From Candidatus Doudnabacteria bacterium (lineage in GTDB: Bacteria; Patescibacteriota; Doudnabacteria; UBA920; O2-02-FULL-48-8): 64,000 nucleotides of DNA. A model generated the notes under the pieces. The model had not been told where the DNA came from. It saw only the letters and a program-made list of their open reading frames with translations, and did not search any database. How positions within the stretch are numbered: position 1 is the first letter of the stretch; the number at the start of each line of letters is the position of its first letter. A program made the position numbers and the translations under genes. Positions 44,201-51,463 of the stretch are shown here, in pieces. The DNA lies in the NCBI GenBank assembly GCA_016186915.1, contig JACPKU010000006.1, forward strand, positions 12,488 through 76,487. Reading direction: 5' to 3'.

Positions 44201-44583
44201 CCAACTTCGTCATTGAGGACAGCATTGCGGACATTCTGGAACTGGCTGACCTGCTTAGCTATTCTGGCGCCACATTTGACTCAAGCGCTCGGGTACTTCG
44301 ATGGCCGTCTGAAAATATTGGGGCCGGGCAAACTGTAGAGAAAAGATTCTCTGTCCGGGTAAAAAGCCCTGTTCCTGGCGGCACTGATCTGGTTATGACT
44401 AATGTCTACGGCAACACGGTCAGAGTACCGGTTGGCACCCCGCCTTCTGTTCCTCCTCCCGTGTATCCTCCGTACAAAGCTCCGCCCACCGGCCCTGCCA
44501 CCACTTTCAGTTTGATCTTGGCTGGCTTGACTGTCGCGGGAGCGTTCGGGATTAAAAAAATTAAGCAAGCCTCGAGAGCATGA
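41203..44583 (+). CDS. Large cell-surface protein: N-terminal TM, two fibronectin/Ig-like modules separated by polyPro linkers, about 6 DUF11 repeat domains, C-terminal sorting-signal-like tail
   Basis: Repeated L(S/T)(L/I)xK.VRNVTQG..F..SVSAQPNEQVEFRI.V...G...A.NV.VTD.LP modules (DUF11 pattern); C-terminal KAPPTGPATT + hydrophobic + KKIKQASRA. Confidence 0.8.
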   Translation: MNFIAARKNRYFIKSKTAKFVGLGFVLALTVSFIGFSLANHNSGTGIPVDTGWIDASRFVGSVEFDCGQTVGSVWGQRGDQFTIPGHVLNIPEGSYTIDIRAHYGFYEADPQAPQTNETMRVSTSVASRQIPDLNGHGGSRPDRDNCDQINANFRIYTNITRSPINYQDGGIRFAGLTSDSQSISIQAVRVHGTSTPPPPPPPQPCVPVGLIMPQSGQVFGANETNPAFQWQGTNRTFYILDITEDPNFSWWWNNGSGAGGGIQITSANFSDVTNTFYSQGHPAPGLAQAGKTYYWRVFAYNTDDPGAGCHSVVRSFSLQSTPPPPPPPPQKAQITLVKEVINNNGGNKQPSDFALHIAGHTLTSGQSVELNPGNYQATETQQAGYALLGWRGACDGSGSVTLQAGQNVTCVVTNDDQAQPTVSLSLVKNVRNVTQGQTTFVDSVSAQPNEQVEFRIQVAASGNTSAQNVVVTDTLPNNFNLSSGSLTNNLGNMSAGSTQIITLSATAASAFNFPIGSSTWINTATATASNANTVSDTAHVVVNRQITGTPSLTIDKTVRNVTAGQAIFSNSVSANPQDQVEFKVVVSNVGQATANNVVVTDTLPNNFNLSSGSLTNNLGNMSAGSTQIITLSATAASASNFPIGSSTWTNTATATASNTNTVSDTANVIVERDGPPGDAQLSITKEVRNVTQGVAFFSKSASAQPNEQVEFRIRVRSTGQTTANNVNLTDILPNNFVLNFAQTGAGVSGSNTQFSLGNMPTNTERTLSLFVTAASAANFPIGTSTHTNTATATASNANSVSDNASVVINRDGGGNGNPFLAITKEVRNLTDNTGYSHSVTADDSDRVEFRIVVRNTGSSNSTATNVRVTDFLPANLEFVASTLRIDSNTQFSNNLLGNIFLGNLSANQSKTITFEARVNANFNNTLINTATAFSDNTSPVNDSASVFVSRVVGGNIDLVLSKSAYNLTQGRDATAVTARAGDQIEYILRVENRGNATATNFVIEDSIADILELADLLSYSGATFDSSARVLRWPSENIGAGQTVEKRFSVRVKSPVPGGTDLVMTNVYGNTVRVPVGTPPSVPPPVYPPYKAPPTGPATTFSLILAGLTVAGAFGIKKIKQASRA
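42607..43215 (+). repeat. Intragenic ~200-bp near-identical (~90%) tandem duplication inside the DUF11 gene
   Basis: gtggtgactgatactctgccaaataactttaatcttagtt..caacatgtcagccggcagcactcaaatcataaccttgagcgc occurs at ~42613 and ~42997. Confidence 0.8.
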
Positions 44584-45194
44584 ATTTGCGAACCATTCTG
44601 ATCATTGGAGTTTTGCTGGCGATTTTAGGAATCGTGTTCCTGATTGACCGCGCCAGACAGGATGATGTCAGCGACCTCTCAAACATCATCACTTCGATAA
44701 TCGCTGAAAATCAAACTCAAGGACAAGACGCAGTCGCCACCGAAGCACGAAGCCAAGATTTTATTGTCTATACCTTGACGGCTGAAAATCCGACCAAAAG
44801 AGCGGTTGAGGGTTATGAGTTTGAAGTAAACATCGCTGACATTACCGAGTTGGCAACTTTAGTAGACGCAACCGGTGCCAATTACAACTCAGACAAAAAT
44901 TCGCTCACGTGGGCGCCACTCTCCGTCCCGGCCAATGATAAGGCAGACAAACAGTTTACTGTCCGAGTGAAGGATGATTTACCGGCTGATTCAGACCTCG
45001 TGATGACTGCGCAGTTCAACAACGAAGTCAAAGTGAAAGTGAGCAATGATCGAATTGCGGGTGAGGGGATTAATATTGAGCAGAAAGACCAAACGCCGTT
45101 CGTTGCGCCTACAGTTGGTTTGCCGGCTACAATCAGTTTGTTTTTTGCCGGATTGGCGACACTCGCGTTTTCTTTGGTGAGAATTAAGGTTTAA
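44580..45194 (+). CDS. Small DUF11-like surface protein, paralogue of the C-terminal module of the 41203 protein, with the same sorting-signal-like tail
   Basis: IADITELATLVDATGANYNSDKNSLTW..QFTVRVKDD compared with IADILELADLLSYSGATFDSSARVLRW..RFSVRVKSP; tail VAPTVGLPAT + hydrophobic + RIKV; ATGA overlap with the upstream gene. Confidence 0.6.
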   Translation: MNLRTILIIGVLLAILGIVFLIDRARQDDVSDLSNIITSIIAENQTQGQDAVATEARSQDFIVYTLTAENPTKRAVEGYEFEVNIADITELATLVDATGANYNSDKNSLTWAPLSVPANDKADKQFTVRVKDDLPADSDLVMTAQFNNEVKVKVSNDRIAGEGINIEQKDQTPFVAPTVGLPATISLFFAGLATLAFSLVRIKV

Positions 45195-45206
45195 GCCGCG
45201 TCAAAC

Positions 45207-45240
45207 AAAAACCCCGCAGCCTTGCGGGGTTTTTTGTTTT
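45207..45240 (+). terminator. Intrinsic terminator aaaa-accccgca-gcct-tgcggggt-ttttt
   Basis: 8-bp GC stem plus T-run. Confidence 0.8.
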
Positions 45241-45288
45241 TGGCTATGATGGGTTTATAGAAATCAAAACAAAACCGAGCATCCGGTT

Positions 45289-46455
45289 TTGTCTTTATTT
45301 ATGAGCAAGAGAGTAATAGATTTTGAAAAGCTAGAAGAATTGCTGAAACAGCATGACGGGCAAATGCTGGTTTTTGAACATGGCGAGCCGAGATTGGTTA
45401 TTTTGGATCCCAAGCGGTACCCAAATTTGTTTTTGGACAAAGAAGTTAACCCCTCTGGACTTGAAGAGAAAGTCAGAGGGGCAAAGATTTTGGTAACCGG
45501 GGGCGCTGGTTATATCGGTTCAGTGGCGGTGGAAAATTTATTAGCGAGCGGATATGATGTGGTGGTTTTGGATAATCTAAGCAGCGGCAAGGCAAGCAAT
45601 GTTAGTTGTCCTTTGATCGTGGGGGATATCGGGGATCCCAAAACACTGGACAAGCTTTTTTCTGAACACCAGATTGACGCCGTGATGCATTTTGCGGCTT
45701 TCGTGAAAGTAGAGGAGTCAGTCAAATTTCCGGAAAAATATTTTCAAAACAATGTGGTGAACAGCCTGGCGCTTCTGAACAGCATGCTCAAACACGGGGT
45801 GAAGAAGCTGATTTTTTCTTCAAGCGCGGCTGTTTACGGCCAACCCTCTTCAATTCCGATCACTGAAAAGCATCCTTGTTTTCCCACCAATCCTTACGGC
45901 GAAAGTAAATTGATGTTTGAAAAAATAATTCAATGGTACTCAAAGGTTCACGGGATTTCCGCTGTGATTTTAAGATATTTTAATGCCGCAGGCGCTAGTA
46001 TCAGCGGTAATCTGGGGGAGATTCGCGAAGACGTGACGCATTTAATTCCTAAGGTTTTGCAAGTTGCGGCACAGCAGGAAGAAGAGTTGCGGATTTTTGG
46101 ACAGGATTACCCAACTTTTGACGGCACAGCCGTCAGGGACTACGTTCACGTGGACGATTTAGCCTTGGCGCATATTTTGGCTTTGGATAAGCTTACAAAA
46201 GACCAGGGAGTTTTCACCTACAATATTGGCACCGGCACAGGTTACTCAGTAAATCAGGTGGTGGACTGTATCATGGAACAAACAGGCAAGATGATTATGA
46301 CTGAACATGCTCCGAGAAGAGAGGGCGATCCTGCAAGTTTGGTTGCGGATGCAAGTTTGGCGTTTTCTGAGTTGGGATTTGCTGCGCAGTATTCGGACCT
46401 GCCGACAATCGTGGATACTGCCTGGAGCTGGCACAAGAAACGATTCCGGCTGTAA
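45289..46455 (+). CDS. galE: UDP-glucose 4-epimerase GalE with ~55-aa N-terminal extension (or mis-called start)
   Basis: KILVTGGAGYIGS Rossmann motif, YGESKLMFE (YxxxK), GalE-like C-terminus; the Rossmann motif begins at residue ~66 of the ORF. Confidence 0.8.
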   Translation: MSLFMSKRVIDFEKLEELLKQHDGQMLVFEHGEPRLVILDPKRYPNLFLDKEVNPSGLEEKVRGAKILVTGGAGYIGSVAVENLLASGYDVVVLDNLSSGKASNVSCPLIVGDIGDPKTLDKLFSEHQIDAVMHFAAFVKVEESVKFPEKYFQNNVVNSLALLNSMLKHGVKKLIFSSSAAVYGQPSSIPITEKHPCFPTNPYGESKLMFEKIIQWYSKVHGISAVILRYFNAAGASISGNLGEIREDVTHLIPKVLQVAAQQEEELRIFGQDYPTFDGTAVRDYVHVDDLALAHILALDKLTKDQGVFTYNIGTGTGYSVNQVVDCIMEQTGKMIMTEHAPRREGDPASLVADASLAFSELGFAAQYSDLPTIVDTAWSWHKKRFRL

Positions 46456-46482
46456 CGCACAGCTTGGAGCGAAGGAGGAACA

Positions 46483-46752
46483 ATGCAGCCCGGAGCGTTT
46501 AAAAAGGCCCGGTTGATGATCGCGTTCATGCAGCGGGAGACAGGTCGTGTTTGGGGCAGAAGGACCGACCTGGCAGAAGAGTTGGGAGACTATGAGGCAA
46601 AATTCGGCGAACCACCCTGGGCAGAGGAATTTCGCGCTGACATTGACCGCCGAGGCTGGATGCCCAGACCTTCGTCACCCGTGTTCGTGAACGATTTAGA
46701 GACAGAAACGGAAGAGCTTGTTCGGAAGATGCTCGCGGAGGATGGAAACTAG
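46483..46752 (+). CDS. Hypothetical 89-aa protein in a ~330-bp high-GC mini-cassette
   Basis: Strong SD gaaggagg-N5-ATG; GC ~56% versus ~40% flanks; own terminator follows. Confidence 0.4.
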   Translation: MQPGAFKKARLMIAFMQRETGRVWGRRTDLAEELGDYEAKFGEPPWAEEFRADIDRRGWMPRPSSPVFVNDLETETEELVRKMLAEDGN

Positions 46753-46765
46753 CCGGGTCGGTCGC

Positions 46766-46798
46766 TAGCCGCGGATTTTCCCTGTTCGCGGTTTTTTT
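46766..46798 (+). terminator. Terminator-like hairpin ccgcg-gattttccctgtt-cgcgg followed by T7
   Basis: Read directly from the sequence. Confidence 0.55.
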
Positions 46799-46810
46799 AT
46801 TTTTAATATT

Positions 46811-46821
46811 TATGGTATAAT
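46811..46821 (+). promoter_or_regulatory. Extended -10 TATGGTATAAT promoter for the S8 protease gene
   Basis: Third copy of this 11-mer in the window. Confidence 0.5.
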
Positions 46822-46934
46822 TCGAACACTGTGATTTCTGAACTGAAATAAACTCCCTGATTATTATAGGAAATTAACACAGAGTAACAATCTAAGTATT
46901 GGCGCGTCTTGTTTTTTGTCAACCAAACACAGAA

Positions 46935-48935
46935 ATGTTAATCAATTTGAAAACAAAGCTCTTATCTTTGGTCGTTATTTTGCTGGTTTTTTTATTTGCA
47001 GGAACCTTTGAGCATAACGCAACCAGCGTAAAGATAATTTTTGCGCTGAAGGAGGGGGTGGAGGTACAAGACATTGTTGTTGATTACCAACTTTTAGACA
47101 ATCAACTGCTTTTTGCTGCCAGCAAAGGATTAGCGCCAACATTTACCGCCGCAGTTAAATCCGGATTGTTGGGCAAATTAAACAGCGATAAGCGGCTGTT
47201 ATACGCTGAAGCGGACACGAAAGTTTTAGCCAGCAAGATCACGACCAATGACAGTTTTTTCACGACTGACGACAATAACCAAAACAGCCAGTGGTATCTG
47301 CCGAAGATAAAAATTCCTGACGCCTGGGAGTTTTCCAAGGGCAGTAGCTCGGTTAAAGTGGCAATAGTTGATACGGGGATTCACGCTTCTCACATTGAAC
47401 TCAATGACGGACGGGTGATTGGTGGATATAACTCGATTACCAAAGAAACGATTTTGCCCCAGGCCAGCTCTGACGACAACGGTCATGGTACCGCGGTGGC
47501 GGGCATCATCGGTGCGATTCCGAATAATGGACGAGGACTGAGCGGGATTAACTGGAACATCAGCCTTATGCCGATCAAGGCTTTAGATGCGGCAGGCAAC
47601 GGCTTCATCTCTTCAGTGGCTTCTGGGATTGTGAGGGCCGTTGATGAGGGCGCGGATATTATTAATCTAAGTTTGGGTGGACCCGGTTTTGGCGCTGATG
47701 CCACGCTGAACAGCGCGGTAAAATACGCATTCGACCGAGGCGTTCTGGTGGTGGCGGCGGCCGGAAACGATCTGGCAGAATTTGGCTCGAATCTGGACAT
47801 CAACCCCGTGTATCCAATTTGTTCTGATTTGGGACAGAACATGGTTTTAGGTGTAGCAGCCACGGATGTTACAGATCAAAAAGCTGATTTTTCCAACTTT
47901 GGCATTAACTGCGTGGATTTGTCCGCCCCAGGAAAAAGGATTTTGACCACGGCTTTTATTCCATCTGACCCGGCAAATAATATTTTGATTTACGGCTCGG
48001 GAACTTCCTTGGCCACCCCGCTGGTTTCCGGAGTCGCCGCGCTTTTGAAAGCCAAAAATCCCACTCTCACCAACATTCAGCTAAGAGATATCCTGATAAA
48101 GTCTGTGGATGATATTAGCAATCTTAACAAGACTAATTGTTTAGGCACCTCTTGCAATGGCTTTTTGGGTTCAGGGCGCCTGAATGCTCTCAAGGCTTTA
48201 ACGCCCACGCCGTTTTCGGACGGAGACTTGATTAGAGAGTCCGGAACGAACCGCATATTTCTTTTAACAGACGGCACAAAACATTATGTCTCACAGTTTG
48301 TGTTTGACCAAAAAGGGTTTAGCCTGGCCAATGTGGTAAACGAAACCAGTGGCCAGCTGAGCACCTATACCGAGGGAGCGCCGCTGTTGCCGGTTGAGGG
48401 AACCCTGATTAAGGCCGAGAATAATCCCACCGTTTACATTATCCATGAGAATGTTAAACGCGCTTTAACTTTCTTAGTATTTAATTCCAGAAAGTTTAGC
48501 TTTGCTGATGTCCGCTCCCTGCCCAGCCCGGATGTGGCTTTGTTTCCTGAAGGAGACTGGTTTTGGCCGCCGGACGGCACTATGGTCCTGGTTTCTAGTG
48601 ATCCAACAGTCTATGTAATGGATCAGGAAGTGAGAAGGCCGGTTACATTTTTGGTTTTCAATTTGCGCAAACTTTCATTTGCCAATGTCGTGACAGTCAG
48701 CCCTGACGAACTGACGCATATTCCAGTCCCCGAAGATTCATACTGGCTGGCGCCGCCGGAAGGAACTTTAGTTAAGTCTGTCTCGGACCCGACAGTTTAT
48801 ACTATTGAAAACGCGAGCAGGCGAGGATTAACTGGGGTTGCTTTTACTAACCGAGGGTTGAGCTTCGGGGCAATTCACGTTCTCCCGCAAGCGGAATTGG
48901 AAGTAATTAAACCAGGAGATCCAATCATTGAATAA
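46935..48935 (+). CDS. Secreted subtilisin-like serine protease (S8) with three C-terminal ~55-aa repeats
   Basis: Catalytic triad in VAIVDTGI (Asp), HGTAVAGII (His), GTSLATPLVSGVAAL (Ser); signal peptide from the ATG at 46935 (track start 46899 is a TTG). Confidence 0.85.
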   Translation: MLINLKTKLLSLVVILLVFLFAGTFEHNATSVKIIFALKEGVEVQDIVVDYQLLDNQLLFAASKGLAPTFTAAVKSGLLGKLNSDKRLLYAEADTKVLASKITTNDSFFTTDDNNQNSQWYLPKIKIPDAWEFSKGSSSVKVAIVDTGIHASHIELNDGRVIGGYNSITKETILPQASSDDNGHGTAVAGIIGAIPNNGRGLSGINWNISLMPIKALDAAGNGFISSVASGIVRAVDEGADIINLSLGGPGFGADATLNSAVKYAFDRGVLVVAAAGNDLAEFGSNLDINPVYPICSDLGQNMVLGVAATDVTDQKADFSNFGINCVDLSAPGKRILTTAFIPSDPANNILIYGSGTSLATPLVSGVAALLKAKNPTLTNIQLRDILIKSVDDISNLNKTNCLGTSCNGFLGSGRLNALKALTPTPFSDGDLIRESGTNRIFLLTDGTKHYVSQFVFDQKGFSLANVVNETSGQLSTYTEGAPLLPVEGTLIKAENNPTVYIIHENVKRALTFLVFNSRKFSFADVRSLPSPDVALFPEGDWFWPPDGTMVLVSSDPTVYVMDQEVRRPVTFLVFNLRKLSFANVVTVSPDELTHIPVPEDSYWLAPPEGTLVKSVSDPTVYTIENASRRGLTGVAFTNRGLSFGAIHVLPQAELEVIKPGDPIIE

Positions 48936-50652
48936 AATTTTTCAAATATCAAATAACAAATATCAAATAACAATCATCGTTCTAGTCCTAGCGTTAATGA
49001 TAGGTCCGCTGACGGTGTTTGCGCAAAGTGCAATTGATCCTGCTTTCAATCCCGGACTTTTGATTACTGATACGGCTTTTTCTGATAAAGGCACCTTTGG
49101 TTCCGCTGAAGGAATCCAACAGTTTTTTGAACAACGTGGCTCTGTCTTGGCCCGCACGGACCAAAGCTTTTTACTGAAACTGAAAGAGCCGGACTATGCG
49201 ACCAAGGAAGCCTTGGAGGACCCCAACCCACAGTTAGGCAGATTGAGGTCAGCAGCCGAATTAATCTACGACGCGACGCAAAAGCACGGCTTGAATCCGC
49301 AAGTTATCTTGGTACTGCTGCAGAAAGAACAGAGTCTCGTAGACGGCAATTTTACCAGCGATGATCGATTGCAAAGAGCTTTGGATCGAGCACTAGGCTT
49401 TGGGTGCCCGGACAATGGCGGGTGCGGTGACATATTTTTAAGTTTCTACCGTCAGCTGTTTGGATCATTTGATTCGCAAGGAAGCCGGTGGCTTGGCGCT
49501 GCTGCGTCTTTGATGCGTTCATTTGAGACGGCGGGCGGGAGAGGTCCGAGAGTTGATTCTGCAAACCAAGTTTTTGGCAGCCCGACCGTCCGAACTTCGC
49601 AGGTCGGGGATACCATAGTTTTGGACAACACGACAGGCGGATATAGCGGAGTTCAGCCAACCCAGAGTGTTACCATTGGCAACAAGGCTACCGCCGCACT
49701 TTATCGCTACACACCGCATGTGTTTAACGGGAATTATAATTTTTGGCGATTTTACAGCAAGTGGTTTAAGTATCCGAACGGCACAGTGATTCAATTAAGC
49801 GGCGAAGCGGTGCGATACGTAATTGATAATGGAACCAAAAGATTATTTTCTGACTTCGTGGCGGTTCAGCGAAAGTTGAAAACCGACACAGTCGTAACTT
49901 TGTCTCAGTCAGAGTTCAGCGAGTATTTGACAGAGAAGCCGCTGCCTCCTTTGGAAGATACTTTGCTCAAGGGCGAGGCGGATGCCACGGTGTTTGTTGT
50001 TAAAGTTAACAAAAAGCGGCCGATCTCTGGAGCTGTATTTTCGCAGCGCGGTCTGTCATTTGCCAAGGTGGTGAGTTTGCCGCAAGCGGAAGTTGATGGC
50101 TATGAATTGGGGGCGCACTTGCCGCCCAAAGACGGCACGCTGATTATCGCTGAATCTGACCCAACAGTTTATTTGATTGAGAACGGCGTGAAACGGCCGA
50201 TTACCGGTGATGTATTTACGGCACGCAAGTTTTCTTTCAAGAATTTAATGCGGCTTACTGATCCGGAATTGGCCAGTCTTCCTACCGGCGATTTTGTACG
50301 GCCTCCTGACAGTACCGCACTCCAGCTCAAAGGCGATACGGGAATTTATTGGTTCAAGGACGGGCAGAAACGATTTGTCTCTGCATTTGTTTACAAACAG
50401 CGCGGTGTTAATGCTTTCCCGCATATCATTATTGGGTCAGAAGAATTTGAGCAGGTTCCGACGGCCACGCCTTTTCCGCCCCGCGATGGCACAGTGATCA
50501 AGGGTGATGTAAGCACCGCAATTTATAGGATTGAGAACGGTGTAAAAAGAATGTTTACGGCAGCATCTTATGCCGTTGCCAGACACCCCGTGGCCACGGT
50601 CCTGCCGCAAGCCGAAGTCGACAGTTTTGCCGAAGGTGCCGTGATCGAATAA
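48928..50652 (+). CDS. Secreted hypothetical protein with N-terminal unknown domain and 4-5 copies of the same ~55-aa repeat found in the S8 protease
   Basis: Repeat consensus G(T)L(I/V)K..SDPTVY.IENGVKR.I....F..R.(L/F)SF..V..L...E; apparent TTG start overlapping the S8 stop with a good signal peptide. Confidence 0.55.
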   Translation: MNKIFQISNNKYQITIIVLVLALMIGPLTVFAQSAIDPAFNPGLLITDTAFSDKGTFGSAEGIQQFFEQRGSVLARTDQSFLLKLKEPDYATKEALEDPNPQLGRLRSAAELIYDATQKHGLNPQVILVLLQKEQSLVDGNFTSDDRLQRALDRALGFGCPDNGGCGDIFLSFYRQLFGSFDSQGSRWLGAAASLMRSFETAGGRGPRVDSANQVFGSPTVRTSQVGDTIVLDNTTGGYSGVQPTQSVTIGNKATAALYRYTPHVFNGNYNFWRFYSKWFKYPNGTVIQLSGEAVRYVIDNGTKRLFSDFVAVQRKLKTDTVVTLSQSEFSEYLTEKPLPPLEDTLLKGEADATVFVVKVNKKRPISGAVFSQRGLSFAKVVSLPQAEVDGYELGAHLPPKDGTLIIAESDPTVYLIENGVKRPITGDVFTARKFSFKNLMRLTDPELASLPTGDFVRPPDSTALQLKGDTGIYWFKDGQKRFVSAFVYKQRGVNAFPHIIIGSEEFEQVPTATPFPPRDGTVIKGDVSTAIYRIENGVKRMFTAASYAVARHPVATVLPQAEVDSFAEGAVIE

Positions 50653-50678
50653 ACAGAGAACGAGAATCAAACGTAACA

Positions 50679-50692
50679 TTCACGATCGTGAA
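50679..50692. promoter_or_regulatory. Perfect 14-bp palindrome TTCACGATCGTGAA (copy 1) 15 nt upstream of the PaaX-like gene
   Basis: Extended 27-nt match ttcacgatcgtgaaaaag(g/a)cgttag shared with copy 2 at 51324-51350. Confidence 0.7.
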
Positions 50693-50706
50693 AAAGGCGT
50701 TAGATC

Positions 50707-51267
50707 ATGAAAGCGAGCACAAAAAGGAAAATCAAAAAGAAAAGCCTCCAGCTCACCAAACAAATATTGGTAACTTTAGCAACAGCTCCGAAAGCTCTTT
50801 TTGATATTTTTATAGATAGCAGTCCTTATACCAGACGTTTGTTTGCTGACCGTGAAATTACTCGGAGTCAATTGCAACGCGCAATACAGGATTTAAAAAG
50901 GCAGCGCTTAATTAAGATGAGGGAATATAAGCAAAAACTGATTTATGAGCTAACTGACCTGGGAAGAGCGCAAATGCTTCGGTGGAATTACAAATTTCGC
51001 CCTAAGCAAGAGAGACGAGATGGCTTAGGCACCATCGTGATATTTGACATCCCTGAAACTAAACGGCAGGCGCGTGATTTCTTGCGGCGTTTTTTAAAAG
51101 AGAATCAATTCACTCAGTTGCAGAAAAGTGTGTTTATTGGACGGTTTTGGCTACTGGCAGAGTTTTATGATTTATTGACTGAACTTCGAATAGTAGAACA
51201 TGTATCAGTGTTGGAAGGACGAATTCCACATACGACTGCTAATAATCGTTTTAGAAACCGTTCCTAA
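50707..51267 (+). CDS. PaaX-like small transcriptional regulator (winged-helix N-terminal domain + Cas2-fold middle domain)
   Basis: LIYELTDLGRAQMLRW (wHTH) followed by GTIVIFDIPETKRQARDFLRRFLKENQFTQLQKSVFIG (Cas2-like beta-alpha-beta pattern seen in the PaaX central domain). Confidence 0.55.
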   Translation: MKASTKRKIKKKSLQLTKQILVTLATAPKALFDIFIDSSPYTRRLFADREITRSQLQRAIQDLKRQRLIKMREYKQKLIYELTDLGRAQMLRWNYKFRPKQERRDGLGTIVIFDIPETKRQARDFLRRFLKENQFTQLQKSVFIGRFWLLAEFYDLLTELRIVEHVSVLEGRIPHTTANNRFRNRS

Positions 51268-51317
51268 ATTATTAATTGTGGTGTAATGGTAAATAACCGT
51301 AAACTTAATTTTCTAGC

Positions 51318-51350
51318 GTATAATTCACGATCGTGAAAAAGACGTTAGGG
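51318..51350 (+). promoter_or_regulatory. -10 box TATAAT fused to palindrome TTCACGATCGTGAA (copy 2): repressor-type operator overlapping the promoter of the purM-like gene
   Basis: tagcgTATAATTCACGATCGTGAAaaagacgttag read directly. Confidence 0.65.
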
Positions 51351-51463
51351 AGGGAAGCAAGAAAAACTGCATTTGCATAAGGTCTTCAGTATTGATATTC
51401 TGATATATCAAGTCAGGACTTGAAGTTTTGGTGTTTCGTGGACAATTCAGAGGGGAGGATTCT

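Noticed and set aside
51350-51463. Purine or ZTP riboswitch in the 125-nt leader of the purM-like gene
   Set aside because: The leader has one enclosing stem (cttcag/cttgaag) around a single hairpin (ttgatat/atatcaa). It lacks the two-hairpin junction and conserved loop nucleotides of the purine aptamer, and the ZTP pseudoknot consensus.
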